From the NCBI GenBank assembly GCA_964478815.1, contig CAYZKY010000009.1, forward strand, positions 5,182-69,181: a stretch of 64,000 bases of DNA, read 5' to 3'. The translations under genes and the position numbers were made by a program. This stretch comes from an uncultured Verrucomicrobiota bacterium. GTDB lineage: Bacteria; Verrucomicrobiota; Verrucomicrobiia; Limisphaerales; SXQI01. Shown here piece by piece: positions 1-8,917 of this stretch. The notes under the pieces were generated by a model, which saw only the letters and a list, made by a program, of their open reading frames with translations, did not search any database and had not been told where the DNA came from. Numbering within the stretch: the stretch's first letter is position 1; each line of letters begins with the position of its first letter.

Positions 1-140
1 ACCGCGACGACCGGGGCAATGGCCTGCTCGACTCGGTGACCTTCGGCAGCCAGACGGAGGATCGCTCCTACAGCCGCACCTCCGCCAACCCGAACGAATT
101 CGCCATCACGATCCCGACACCGAACCGCGCGAACCCGTGA
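1..140 (+). CDS. 3' end of a CDS cut by the window edge; the tail resembles the end of a lamin-tail-domain-type secreted protein
   Basis: Open frame from nt 3 to TGA 138-140. It translates ...RDDRGNGLLDSVTFGSQTEDRSYSRTSANPNEFAITIPTPNRANP*. The resemblance to LTD domain ends is from memory only. Confidence 0.3.
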   Translation, partial: RDDRGNGLLDSVTFGSQTEDRSYSRTSANPNEFAITIPTPNRANP

Positions 141-167
141 GCCTCCGGCGAAGCAGTCGCCGCAGAA

Positions 168-995
168 TTGCCGCTTGCCAGACCGGAAAATTTCGCGTCT
201 AACCCGCCCGTGCCTGAGTGGATTGAAGTCTTTATTCTGGCCCTGATCGAGGGGGTGACGGAGTTCCTGCCCATTTCCTCCACCGGGCATATGCTCCTCG
301 CCCAACACTGGCTGAAGCACCCGCAGGAGCAGCTTTTCCTCGCCGTGGTGCAATCGGGCGCGGTGCTGGCCGTGCTGATCGTCTTCACCGAGCGGCTTCG
401 GCAGTTGTTCACCCGCTGGCACGAACCGGAGACTCGGACCTTTGTGGCCAAGCTGGCGGCCGCCTTCGCGATCACGGCCGTCGGCGGGCTCATTCTGAAG
501 AAGCTGGATTTTGAACTTCCGAAAGACCCGGTACCCGTGGCTCTCGCCACGCTGATCGGGGGCATTCTCATTCTGGTCGTCGAGTGGTCGCTGAAGCGCC
601 GTTCGCCGAAGGAGTCGGTCTCCTGGCCCGTGGCGCTGGCCATCGGCGCCGGACAGTTGCTGGCGATTCTCTTTCCCGGACTATCGCGCTCCGGGTCGAC
701 CATCCTGCTGGCGCTGGCGCTCGGGGTAGGCCGCCGGCCAGCAACCGAATTTGCCTTTCTTCTGGGGATCCCGACGCTCCTTTCAGCGGGTGCCCTCGAA
801 GTATTCAAAGCGGTGCGGAACCCGGAAGCCACCGCGCCAGTCGATTGGGCTATGGTTCTTTGGGGAACGTTCGTGGCCGCCGTGACGGCCTTTGCCGCCG
901 TCCGGTGGTTGTTGAAGTTTATTCAAACGCACACCTTTGTCGGTTTCGGCTGGTACCGCATTGTGCTGGGCGCTCTGATCCTGCTGCTGGTGTAG
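168..995 (+). CDS. uppP: undecaprenyl-diphosphate phosphatase (BacA/UppP)
   Basis: Hallmark EGVTEFLPISSTGH motif and a multi-TM profile, about 270 aa. The TTG at 168 or the in-frame GTG at 210 could be the start. Confidence 0.9.
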   Translation: MPLARPENFASNPPVPEWIEVFILALIEGVTEFLPISSTGHMLLAQHWLKHPQEQLFLAVVQSGAVLAVLIVFTERLRQLFTRWHEPETRTFVAKLAAAFAITAVGGLILKKLDFELPKDPVPVALATLIGGILILVVEWSLKRRSPKESVSWPVALAIGAGQLLAILFPGLSRSGSTILLALALGVGRRPATEFAFLLGIPTLLSAGALEVFKAVRNPEATAPVDWAMVLWGTFVAAVTAFAAVRWLLKFIQTHTFVGFGWYRIVLGALILLLV

Positions 996-1279
996 CGAGC
1001 CGAACCGCGAAACTGCTTCAGGCGGCGCGGAGCCGCTTGAGGGGAAGGAAGCGGATTTCGATACGGGTGGCGAGAGCGGCGGCAATTCGCCGTAGCATCG
1101 CCATCGAGTGGCCTTCATGCCGCAGATTTCTGGGCTTGGACCATGCCCGAGACGTCGTTAGGCTTAGGGGGTGTTAACCAGATTGGGAAAGGCCGTATCC
1201 GGAGTCGGGCGGATGAAACTGGCACCATCATTGCGATGGTGCAGGCAGTGGCCGGTCCTGCAGCATTAGCATTGCCCGC

Positions 1280-1723
1280 ATGCGCCGGCTGGCTGGCTAT
1301 TTCGCGCCCGGTTTGTGGATGCTGGTGATCTTTCTGGTCTCCACCGATATCGGGTCTTCGGATAATACCTCGCGGATTATCGGGCCGATTTTGCGGTATT
1401 TCTTCCCGGATGTTTCCGACGCCACGATTTCCGCCGTGCAAACCGTGGTGCGGAAGGGAGGGCACCTGACGGAATATGGCATTTTGGCGGCGCTCTTCTG
1501 GTGGGCGCGGCGCTATCAGGTGGGCGGGCCTTGGAGGTGGTGCTGGCGGGAGGCGTGGTGGATTGTGCCCGCGTGCGCGCTGTATGCCGTGTCGGACGAA
1601 TTTCACCAGATGTTTGTCGGCTCCAGGCAGGCGAGTGTCGTCGATGTGGCGATCGACACGGTCGGAGCTTTTCTGGCGCTGGTGGCCATTTGGGCCATCG
1701 GCCGTTGGCGGCGGAAATGGTGA
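1280..1723 (+). CDS. VanZ-like family membrane protein
   Basis: 147 aa, 4 TM. Contains HLTEYGILAAL and SDEFHQMFVGSRQASVVDVAIDTVGA, the VanZ signature. Confidence 0.8.
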   Translation: MRRLAGYFAPGLWMLVIFLVSTDIGSSDNTSRIIGPILRYFFPDVSDATISAVQTVVRKGGHLTEYGILAALFWWARRYQVGGPWRWCWREAWWIVPACALYAVSDEFHQMFVGSRQASVVDVAIDTVGAFLALVAIWAIGRWRRKW

Positions 1724-1726
1724 GGC

Positions 1727-4144
1727 ATGAAGGCGAACCCGCTGGTCGGAGTCGCCCTTGCGTTTGCCGCCGGGATTGTCCTGGCCCGGTTCGCGACCGA
1801 GTTTCTCCTCGGCCTGCCGTTGCTCGCGGCGGGGTTGTTGATCGGCTCTCTCTTCCTGCGCGCACTGCGTCCGTCCGCGATCTGGGGGATCGTCCTGACC
1901 TGCGGCGCTTTGAATTATTGCGTGCGATGGATTGAGGTGCCTCCCGGAGATTTGCGTGCGCTTGGGCTGGCGCAGGAACAGCTCGTCACCATCCGGGGCA
2001 TGGTTCTGGAACGGCCCATCGTGAGAGAATTCCAATCCGGCGGACGCACCAACCGGACGTCCACCGCGCGGGTGCAGGTTGCTGCGATCGGCCGGCCCGA
2101 GTGGGAAACCACGCGCGGGGTGATTCTGGCGAGCACACGCGGCGACCTCCCCGAAACCGTTCAGGCGGGGCGCGAAGTGACGGTGGAAGGGGTGTTGCGC
2201 GTGCCGCCGGGCGCGCGCGCCGAAGGGCTGTTCGATTACGGCCGGTATCTGGCCCACGAGGGAATCTTTTATCAACTGCGCGTCGAGTCCGCCGAAGATT
2301 GGCAGGCCGTGGGAGCCGCGCCGTGCCCGCGCTGGCGGGACGCGTTCGCCGATTGGAGCCGGCGCACGCTGTCGCGCGGATTGCCGAATGACCAAAATCT
2401 GGCGCTACTGCTGGCGATGACATTGGGCTGGGCCGGCGCCCTGGAAGGGGAGGTGGCGGATCCCTTCCTGCGCACCGGGACGATGCATATTTTTGCGATC
2501 AGTGGCCTCCATGTGGCGTGCATCGCCCTCGCGCTGGCGAGCCTGACCCATGCCTTTGGCGTGCCGAGGACATGGACGGCGCTGGGGGTGCTGCCGCTCA
2601 TCTGGTTTTACACGGTGGCGACCGGCTGGCAGAGCTCGGGAGTCCGGGCGGCGATCATGGCGAGCATCGTGTTGCTGGCCTACCCGCTGCGGCGGCCGTA
2701 CGCGTTGCTGAACGCGACGGCGGCGGCTTCGGCGATTCTGATCTTCGAACCGGAGCAGGTCTTCCACGCGAGTTTTCAGCTTTCGTTCATTGTCGTGGCG
2801 AGCATGGCCTGGCTGTTGCCGAGCTGGAAGCGGCTCCGCCAAAAACTGTTCGCGCCCGATCCCTTTCTGCCGCGCGAGTTGCACGGCGGGTGGGCGCGAG
2901 CATGGCGGTGGACGGCGCGAAGGGGCGCCGATGGCTTCGCCGTTTCCCTCGCGGCGACTTTGGGCGCGCTGCCGCTGACACTCTGGTATTTCAACATCGT
3001 CACGCCGGTCGGGCTGGTGGCCAATCTCATCGCGGTGCCGCTGAGCAGCGTTTCGCTGACGGCGGGGCTGGCGAGCTTGTTGATCAGCCTGTTGCTGCCG
3101 CCCCTTGCGCCGATCTGCAACTGGGTGGCCTGGGCATTCATGGCGGCGACCGTGGCGGTGGTGCGCCGGCTCGCGGAATTCCGCTGGGGATATTTCTACG
3201 CGGAAGCGCCGGAGCTGATGGTCATCGGACTGTATTACGTCTGGCTGACGGCGGTGGGACTGCTGCTGGTGCGGCGCACGCCGGGGCGATGGTGGGCAAT
3301 GGCGAGTGCGACCGTGGCGCTGCTGGCGGCCTGGGGATTTCCAGCGACGAGGCCACAGGCTCAGGCAGTGACCGCGCTGCCGGGGGATGGCGGGGTAGTA
3401 TGGGTGGATACGCCTGGCGCAGCACACGACGTGTTGCTGGGTTGCTCGAATGAGGCGACCGGCCGATTTCTCGTCACGCGCTTTCTGCGCGCACAGGGGA
3501 GAGATACGGTGCCCAACATCGTGTTGAGCCACGGCGATGTCGACCAGGCGGGCGGATTTGGAGCGATTTGGGAGGAGTTCCAGCCCCGAAAAGTCTTCAC
3601 CGGCCCCGGGCGGGGGCGGTCGCCTACGTATCAGGCCGCGCTCGCCACGCTTCAAGCGAATCCGGCGCGATGGCGATCAGTGGGACGGGGCGAGGACATC
3701 GCGGGCTGGCAGGTGCTGCATCCCCGGCGCGATTCCCGCTATCCGCGAGCCGACGATAATGCGCTGGTGCTGCGAGGGGATATCGAAGGCTGGCGGGTCA
3801 TTCTGCTCTCCGAGCTGGGGATGCTGGGGCAACGCGAATTGGCGGAGTGGCCCGAGGATTTGAAGGCCGACGTGGTGATCGCCGGTTATCCCGAGCAGGA
3901 CGAACCGCTCCTGCCGGCGCTGCTCGAACGCATCGATCCGCCATTGATCGTTCTGTCCGAGAAGTCCGCCCCGGGGTTTGGCGTGCCCGAACGGCGTGTG
4001 GTCGAACGGCTGGGCGGGGCGAACCGCGCGATAGTGATGGTATCCCGGGAGCGAGCGGTCACCTTGCGCTTTCGCGACGAGACCTGCGAATTGAGCACCA
4101 TGGCGGGGCTGGCTCGCACGTTTCGAAAACCCACGCTTCGGTAA
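1727..4144 (+). CDS. comEC: ComEC/Rec2 family DNA internalisation protein
   Basis: 805 aa. The competence-domain motif GTMHIFAISGLHV sits in a polytopic core. The C-terminal MBL-like domain has degenerate metal motifs (SHGDVDQAGG, no HHGS). ATG lies 4 nt after the VanZ stop. Confidence 0.85.
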   Translation: MKANPLVGVALAFAAGIVLARFATEFLLGLPLLAAGLLIGSLFLRALRPSAIWGIVLTCGALNYCVRWIEVPPGDLRALGLAQEQLVTIRGMVLERPIVREFQSGGRTNRTSTARVQVAAIGRPEWETTRGVILASTRGDLPETVQAGREVTVEGVLRVPPGARAEGLFDYGRYLAHEGIFYQLRVESAEDWQAVGAAPCPRWRDAFADWSRRTLSRGLPNDQNLALLLAMTLGWAGALEGEVADPFLRTGTMHIFAISGLHVACIALALASLTHAFGVPRTWTALGVLPLIWFYTVATGWQSSGVRAAIMASIVLLAYPLRRPYALLNATAAASAILIFEPEQVFHASFQLSFIVVASMAWLLPSWKRLRQKLFAPDPFLPRELHGGWARAWRWTARRGADGFAVSLAATLGALPLTLWYFNIVTPVGLVANLIAVPLSSVSLTAGLASLLISLLLPPLAPICNWVAWAFMAATVAVVRRLAEFRWGYFYAEAPELMVIGLYYVWLTAVGLLLVRRTPGRWWAMASATVALLAAWGFPATRPQAQAVTALPGDGGVVWVDTPGAAHDVLLGCSNEATGRFLVTRFLRAQGRDTVPNIVLSHGDVDQAGGFGAIWEEFQPRKVFTGPGRGRSPTYQAALATLQANPARWRSVGRGEDIAGWQVLHPRRDSRYPRADDNALVLRGDIEGWRVILLSELGMLGQRELAEWPEDLKADVVIAGYPEQDEPLLPALLERIDPPLIVLSEKSAPGFGVPERRVVERLGGANRAIVMVSRERAVTLRFRDETCELSTMAGLARTFRKPTLR

Positions 4145-4274
4145 CGCCGGCAAGCTGCGAGTTCCGGATCGAACTGCACCGATCTGAATCGGCTCTCTCC
4201 CACGCCATCCGGCCGGCCTGGATGAAGATTTCGGATCGCGCCGGCATCGCAGAATCGCCGATGGAACCAGCGCC

Positions 4275-5705
4275 TCAAGAGCGGGGCGGGGGTTTCATTT
4301 TGAGGCCCTGGTGTTTCCAGAGTTTTTGCTTGAGCGACGGGAACAGTTCGAGGGCGTTGTCGCGGAGGATCTGCGTGCCGATGCGGAGAGCGTGGTCTTC
4401 GCGGAGTTCGGCGCGCTCGACTTTTTCGGCGAGCGCTTCGGCGAGGCAGCGGCGGGTGTATTCGGTGGCCGCGTAAATGCCTTCGGCGTGGTGGGCGTCG
4501 GCGCCCCAGAGGATGCGGTTGGAGCCCATGACTTCGAGCCATTCCTGATAGGCGCGCTTGCCCATGGTGTAGCTGATGGTGGGAAGCCAGACGGAATCGA
4601 TCCAAACGTTGCGGTGGCGCGTGGCGATGGCCCCGGTCTCGCCGATCCACGGGTAGCCGCCGTGGAAGAGGATGATTTTGGTCTTGGGGTGGGCGGCGAT
4701 GAGGTCGACGAGGAGCATGGGGTTGCTGCCCTGGATGCGGGCGTGGCCGGTGTGAATCTGGAAGGGGAGATCGAGCTTGGCGCAGAGCTCGACGATGCGC
4801 CACATGACGTAGTCCTGGAAGGCTTTGACATCTTCGGGGGTGGATTGGCCGCGGGGACGGCCCCAGGCTTTTTCGGCACGTTCCTTGGAGGCATTGGCGA
4901 AGTCGAGGGTGCGCTCGTAGGCGGTGGTGGTTTTGAGGCAGACGGCGCCGCGTGCTTTGCCGTGGGCCATGATGCGCTCGATCACGGCGATGTAGTCATC
5001 GAGGGCTTCGAGCTGCAGGTTGTGGGTGGCGGCGAAGTGGTAGGGGGAGTCGTTGGGATTGGAGAAGTCGGAGGGGTGGATGCCGCGAATGAAGGTGGTG
5101 ACATTGATGGTGGGGACGGCGAAGGGGTATTCCACATCGAAGCCAAGGCGGTTCCAGTAAGGATCCATGACGACGAGTTCGATATTGGCGCGTTCGGTGA
5201 GGACTTCGTAGATCCAGGCGGGGTCGCGGTAGTGGTCGAAGATGCGGTCGTTGAGGGCGCGGGCCTGGTCGTCGGTGATGGTTTCGAAGTCGATGCCGTA
5301 AAGATCCGTAAAGGCGGGCAGTTGGTAGCGGTAGAAGCTGGTGGCCCGGGCGTTGTCGAAATCGTGTTTCGCCCGCGGCCACCATTCGGCGAACTGGCCG
5401 GATTGGGGCCAGGGGGTGAGGGGGTTGAACCAGGTGTAGTAGCTGCTTTGCCAGAGGGAGTGGAGGGTCATGCCGCGGCCGCGGGGCGTTTCGACGCGGC
5501 CGGCGATGCGGTCGAACGGGGGAAGGTGATCGTGCGTATCGATGGCAGGAGTGGCATCGAGGTGGGCTTTGATTTTGCGGTAGGTGGCGGTTTGTTTGAC
5601 GTCGATGGATTGGGCGCTGGCGACGAGGGGGAGCGCGGCGGCGGGCGCGGGGCGCGAGGGAGCGAGCAGGGTGGCGGCGAGCAGGAGCAGGAAACGATGG
5701 GTCAT
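4275..5705 (-). CDS. secreted metal-dependent amidohydrolase (TIM-barrel hydrolase family)
   Basis: Start placed at internal ATG 5705 (MTHRFLLLLAATLLAPS..., a signal peptide). IDTHDHL metal-binding motif, HTGH and a later His/Asp. The longer ORF to 6035 is Pro/Ser-rich and looks non-coding. Confidence 0.75.
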   Translation of the reverse strand: MTHRFLLLLAATLLAPSRPAPAAALPLVASAQSIDVKQTATYRKIKAHLDATPAIDTHDHLPPFDRIAGRVETPRGRGMTLHSLWQSSYYTWFNPLTPWPQSGQFAEWWPRAKHDFDNARATSFYRYQLPAFTDLYGIDFETITDDQARALNDRIFDHYRDPAWIYEVLTERANIELVVMDPYWNRLGFDVEYPFAVPTINVTTFIRGIHPSDFSNPNDSPYHFAATHNLQLEALDDYIAVIERIMAHGKARGAVCLKTTTAYERTLDFANASKERAEKAWGRPRGQSTPEDVKAFQDYVMWRIVELCAKLDLPFQIHTGHARIQGSNPMLLVDLIAAHPKTKIILFHGGYPWIGETGAIATRHRNVWIDSVWLPTISYTMGKRAYQEWLEVMGSNRILWGADAHHAEGIYAATEYTRRCLAEALAEKVERAELREDHALRIGTQILRDNALELFPSLKQKLWKHQGLKMKPPPRS

Positions 5706-6218
5706 GGTGTCGGTGGAGAGGGTGGCCGAGCGGGGTGGGGATTTCGAGGCAAAAAGGGGCATTTGGCCGCAGGAAGTCGCAAGACGGGGCTTTTGAGGGG
5801 CGACAAAGGGCAAGGCACGGCGGGAAAGGGATTTCGGGATGCGGCCCCCCGTCCGTTTTGGTTTGGGCAGGCGAGAGGAGGGGCTGGAGTCGACATTTTG
5901 GGGCCACCCCCCCTGTTTTTTGTTGGTGAAGGCGGGGAGGCGGGCGGTGGATTCCCGGGGCGACGGCTGGTGGGACGACCGGAAGGGCAGGCTGGAGGTG
6001 TGGAATTTGTGGAATCTCTGGAATGGCGGGAGCAAGGCGCGAGAGAGGTTCGAGACCCGGGGGCGGATAGGGTTCTTCCGTGCGGGAGGAGGGAGCCGGG
6101 CCGCTCGGCGGAGCCGGCGGGATGGAAGGCAGACCGGATGGGTGTCGCGAGGGGTTTTTGAGACGATAAGGGCGGGGCATTTTGGGTGCAGGAAGTCCTA
6201 TTTACGCGGGTTTCGTGA

Positions 6219-6249
6219 GGGTGTTTGGGGTGGTTGGGGTGTTTGGGGG
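6219..6249 (+). other. canonical G-quadruplex-forming motif (GGG-TGTTT-GGGG-TGGTT-GGGG-TGTTT-GGGGG)
   Basis: Four G-runs of at least 3 nt with 5-nt loops, read directly. It lies in the G-rich spacer 5706-6529. Confidence 0.6.
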
Positions 6250-6574
6250 CCGGAACGGGCGCGGCGGGGCGCGGGGACGGAGGCACGCTCCGGACGGGAC
6301 GGCGCAAGGGTGCGAGGGAGTGCGGGGAGTGGGAACTCCCCGAGGCAAAGGGATAGAGGCAGGGCCATCCGGGGACGGGTCGGAACGGGAGGCTCGGCGG
6401 GAGGCCGGGACTGCTGTTCGGAGACGATCCGGATGACCACGAAACGTGCTTCGCAGTCATGGAAGGAATGTCGTGCAGGAGGGGAGGAGACGCAAGGGGG
6501 ATGACGGGTGAATTTGCGGGAAATGTAGAATGGATCGGTGCAGAGGGGGCTCGACCTGGTGGAGGGGATCGGGC

Positions 6575-7564
6575 ATGGTCGGGGAAATGGCGGGGCAGCC
6601 GGATCATATTTCTGCGGGGACGCAGGTAGTGTCATTGGTGGAGGTGCGGGGCACGAACAATTCGCTCGTGCATCCGCGGGGGGCGGTGGGGGTGGTGACG
6701 CGGACGCCGGCGGCGGAACGGGAGAAGTATCTGGTTCGATTTCCCGACGGTTTCGAGTGTTCGCTGGGGCGGGATCAACTGGAGGTGCTGAAGCATTTCA
6801 AGGATCGGCTTGGGAACGAGAGTCGGGCCAATCCGTTCGCGCCGCCTGCCGCCGACGGCTCGCTGGGGACAGCGAGCCCTACCTTCGATCTGGAGTCGTT
6901 CATCATTTATCGCTGCGTAGTCGGATCACGGGCGTACGGGCTGGAGAGCGATGAATCCGATACGGATCGGCGCGGGATTTATCTGGCCCCGGCCAAGTTG
7001 CAGTGGTCGCTGTTCGGCGCGCCGGAGCAATTCGAGGATAACGCGACGCAGAGTTGCTACTGGGAGTTGCAGAAGTTCCTGACGATGGCGCTGAAGGCGA
7101 ATCCGAACATTCTGGAGTGTCTCTATTCGCCGATGGTGGAGAAGGCCACGCCGCTCGGGAAGGAACTGTTGGCGATGCGGGACGTCTTCCTGAGCCAGAT
7201 GATTTTCCAGACTTTCAATGGCTACGCGATGTCGCAGTTCAAGAAGATCGAGCAGGACATCCGCAACCACGGGGAGGTGCGGTGGAAGCACGCGATGCAT
7301 TTGCTGCGGCTGTTGCTGACCGGGGCGGCGACGCTGCGGGAGGGGCGGGTGCCGGTGCGGGTCGAGGCGCAGCGGGAGCGATTGCTGGCGGTGAAGCACG
7401 GAGAGGTGCCGTGGGCCGTGGTGGATGCCTGGCGAAAGGAACTGCATCGTGACTTTGAGCGGGCCTTGGCGGAGACGAAACTGCCGGAGCGGCCGGATTA
7501 TGAGGCGGCGAACCGGTTCTTGATTCGGGCGCGGCGGGTGATGGCGGACGCTGTTCCTTTCTGA
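6575..7564 (+). CDS. DNA-polymerase-beta-superfamily nucleotidyltransferase (COG3541/pfam10127-like) with a small N-terminal SH3-like domain
   Basis: VVGSRAYGLESDESDTDRRGIY matches the GS...DxD NTase motif of this family. ATG 6575 is preceded by GGAGGGG (6561-6567) at 7-nt spacing. The upstream ATG 6530 has no RBS. Confidence 0.7.
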   Translation: MVGEMAGQPDHISAGTQVVSLVEVRGTNNSLVHPRGAVGVVTRTPAAEREKYLVRFPDGFECSLGRDQLEVLKHFKDRLGNESRANPFAPPAADGSLGTASPTFDLESFIIYRCVVGSRAYGLESDESDTDRRGIYLAPAKLQWSLFGAPEQFEDNATQSCYWELQKFLTMALKANPNILECLYSPMVEKATPLGKELLAMRDVFLSQMIFQTFNGYAMSQFKKIEQDIRNHGEVRWKHAMHLLRLLLTGAATLREGRVPVRVEAQRERLLAVKHGEVPWAVVDAWRKELHRDFERALAETKLPERPDYEAANRFLIRARRVMADAVPF

Positions 7565-7670
7565 ATCGCGCCACCGTAACCTCAGCCAAAGCTTTTGGAG
7601 CTTTCCCTCGAGGTCGTCAGTCGATATGCTGAGATGGATTTGAATGAAGTCCTGAACCGGAGTTGAGACG

Positions 7671-8402
7671 ATGTCTTGGCAAACTCTCAGCCTGCATTTC
7701 AAGCAGGAGTACGATGGCGCGTTCCGGTATCTCGACCGGTGCGGGGAATTCATGCTTGCAGCGGTGGACAAGTTGGATTTTCTTCCTGGCGAGATAAAGC
7801 CTTCCGGAGCCAAGCTCGAAATCCCAGAACGCGGCTTGACGGCCACAGTGGACACACTGGAACTCGTGATAGCTCAGGAGATGCCGGGTGCCGATCACGA
7901 GTCATTCTTAAAATCCTGTGAAGACCTTTCCGAATTGGTCAATGAACATTTCCAGCCTAAGCGACGTATCAGGAATGGGTTTGCCTGCAAATCCTACTGG
8001 CCTATCCCTAACGCGAACACGCTTCTTGCGGTCAGTCTCAGATTTGGGGGGGAAGTTCACAATGAACTCGGCAAACAATTAGGCATGGTGCCTGAACATA
8101 AACGCCTCGATTTTAACTTTACGTCCGGCAGTATGGATCTGCACGTTTTGCTCCAGCCTGTTACTTTCGACAAAGTGTCGGTTAGCCGCCAGAATCCCAA
8201 CTTGAAAGCGACTTCCGTTCAGAAAGAAAGGATAGAAAGGCGGAACAAATTTGCGGAGAAGCTGGATGTGCACCTAAGCCACGCGCTGATGCTTGAAGTC
8301 GATTTAATGGAAATCGACCCACCCGAGCATTCTTTGAGGCGGCACTTTACTGAATTGATGCGATACACTACCCTCCTTCGAAGCCAGTTTGACGCTTCAT
8401 GA
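7671..8402 (+). CDS. hypothetical protein (243 aa), first gene of the low-GC cassette
   Basis: GGAG lies 9 nt upstream of the ATG. The ORF is clean in a roughly 50% GC stretch where random ORFs should be short. No motif recognised; its size loosely recalls the uncharacterised TIGR04255 family, which is unverified. Confidence 0.6.
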   Translation: MSWQTLSLHFKQEYDGAFRYLDRCGEFMLAAVDKLDFLPGEIKPSGAKLEIPERGLTATVDTLELVIAQEMPGADHESFLKSCEDLSELVNEHFQPKRRIRNGFACKSYWPIPNANTLLAVSLRFGGEVHNELGKQLGMVPEHKRLDFNFTSGSMDLHVLLQPVTFDKVSVSRQNPNLKATSVQKERIERRNKFAEKLDVHLSHALMLEVDLMEIDPPEHSLRRHFTELMRYTTLLRSQFDAS

Positions 8403-8917
8403 GCACTTTAGCCCTCAGCTATCAGTTATCCTCTGCATCCACGGTTTCTGACCGCAGCAACGCCGTCTCGATTCTGGCGCATGAACCCCGTGTCGTTCAC
8501 TCTTACGGAGGTGCCTTTACCGATCCTGTATCTCTCAAGTTCCAACCAGCTCGAAAATGGTCTACCAAAGAAGACTCCCGTAAGCATCCTGCAGTACGGA
8601 CAAAGCGGCGGCTGAAAGGATTCCTAGTGGAGTTGCAGAAGGATGACGCGCGTGTCGCTTTCGTTGAGAATGGCCAGACCATCTTCTATGACCTGCCTGC
8701 AGATCAGATCCGCAAGGCCGGAATCAATGAGCGGAATCAGCCGTTCCAGATGGACGAAATCGAAACGGAAGATGAGCAGGGCTCGTTAATTGTCGGCTAT
8801 CGGTTTCTGGCGCTGGCCAAACCTTCGGATGCCTACATCGAGGCGTTGAATTTCGATGATGAGCGCATACGCAAACGAGACCTCATCCTCAAAGAATTTG
8901 GCAAAGCTCAGGCTTGA
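8399..8917 (+). CDS. hypothetical protein (172 aa) with a basic patch, second gene of the cassette
   Basis: ATGA start/stop overlap with the upstream gene (8399-8402). Basic stretch KHPAVRTKRRLKG followed by an acidic segment. No recognisable family. Confidence 0.55.
   Translation: MSTLALSYQLSSASTVSDRSNAVSILAHEPRVVHSYGGAFTDPVSLKFQPARKWSTKEDSRKHPAVRTKRRLKGFLVELQKDDARVAFVENGQTIFYDLPADQIRKAGINERNQPFQMDEIETEDEQGSLIVGYRFLALAKPSDAYIEALNFDDERIRKRDLILKEFGKAQA

Noticed and set aside
2405-3655. 416-aa minus-strand ORF, and 1115-2395 (426 aa), inside comEC and the VanZ gene
   Set aside because: These are Arg/Pro/Gln-rich shadow frames opposite well-supported membrane-protein genes.
4311-6161. 616-aa plus-strand ORF, plus the 394-aa and 301-aa Pro-rich minus-strand ORFs around 5000-6600
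   Set aside because: The first is antisense to the amidohydrolase. The others extend into the G-rich spacer and translate to Pro/Arg/Ser or Gly/Arg low-complexity strings with no RBS or motif.
6219-6249. Telomere-like TTGGGG-type repeats
   Set aside because: There are only three or four units embedded in a bacterial intergenic region. This is better described as a G4-capable motif, with no evidence of a linear replicon end.
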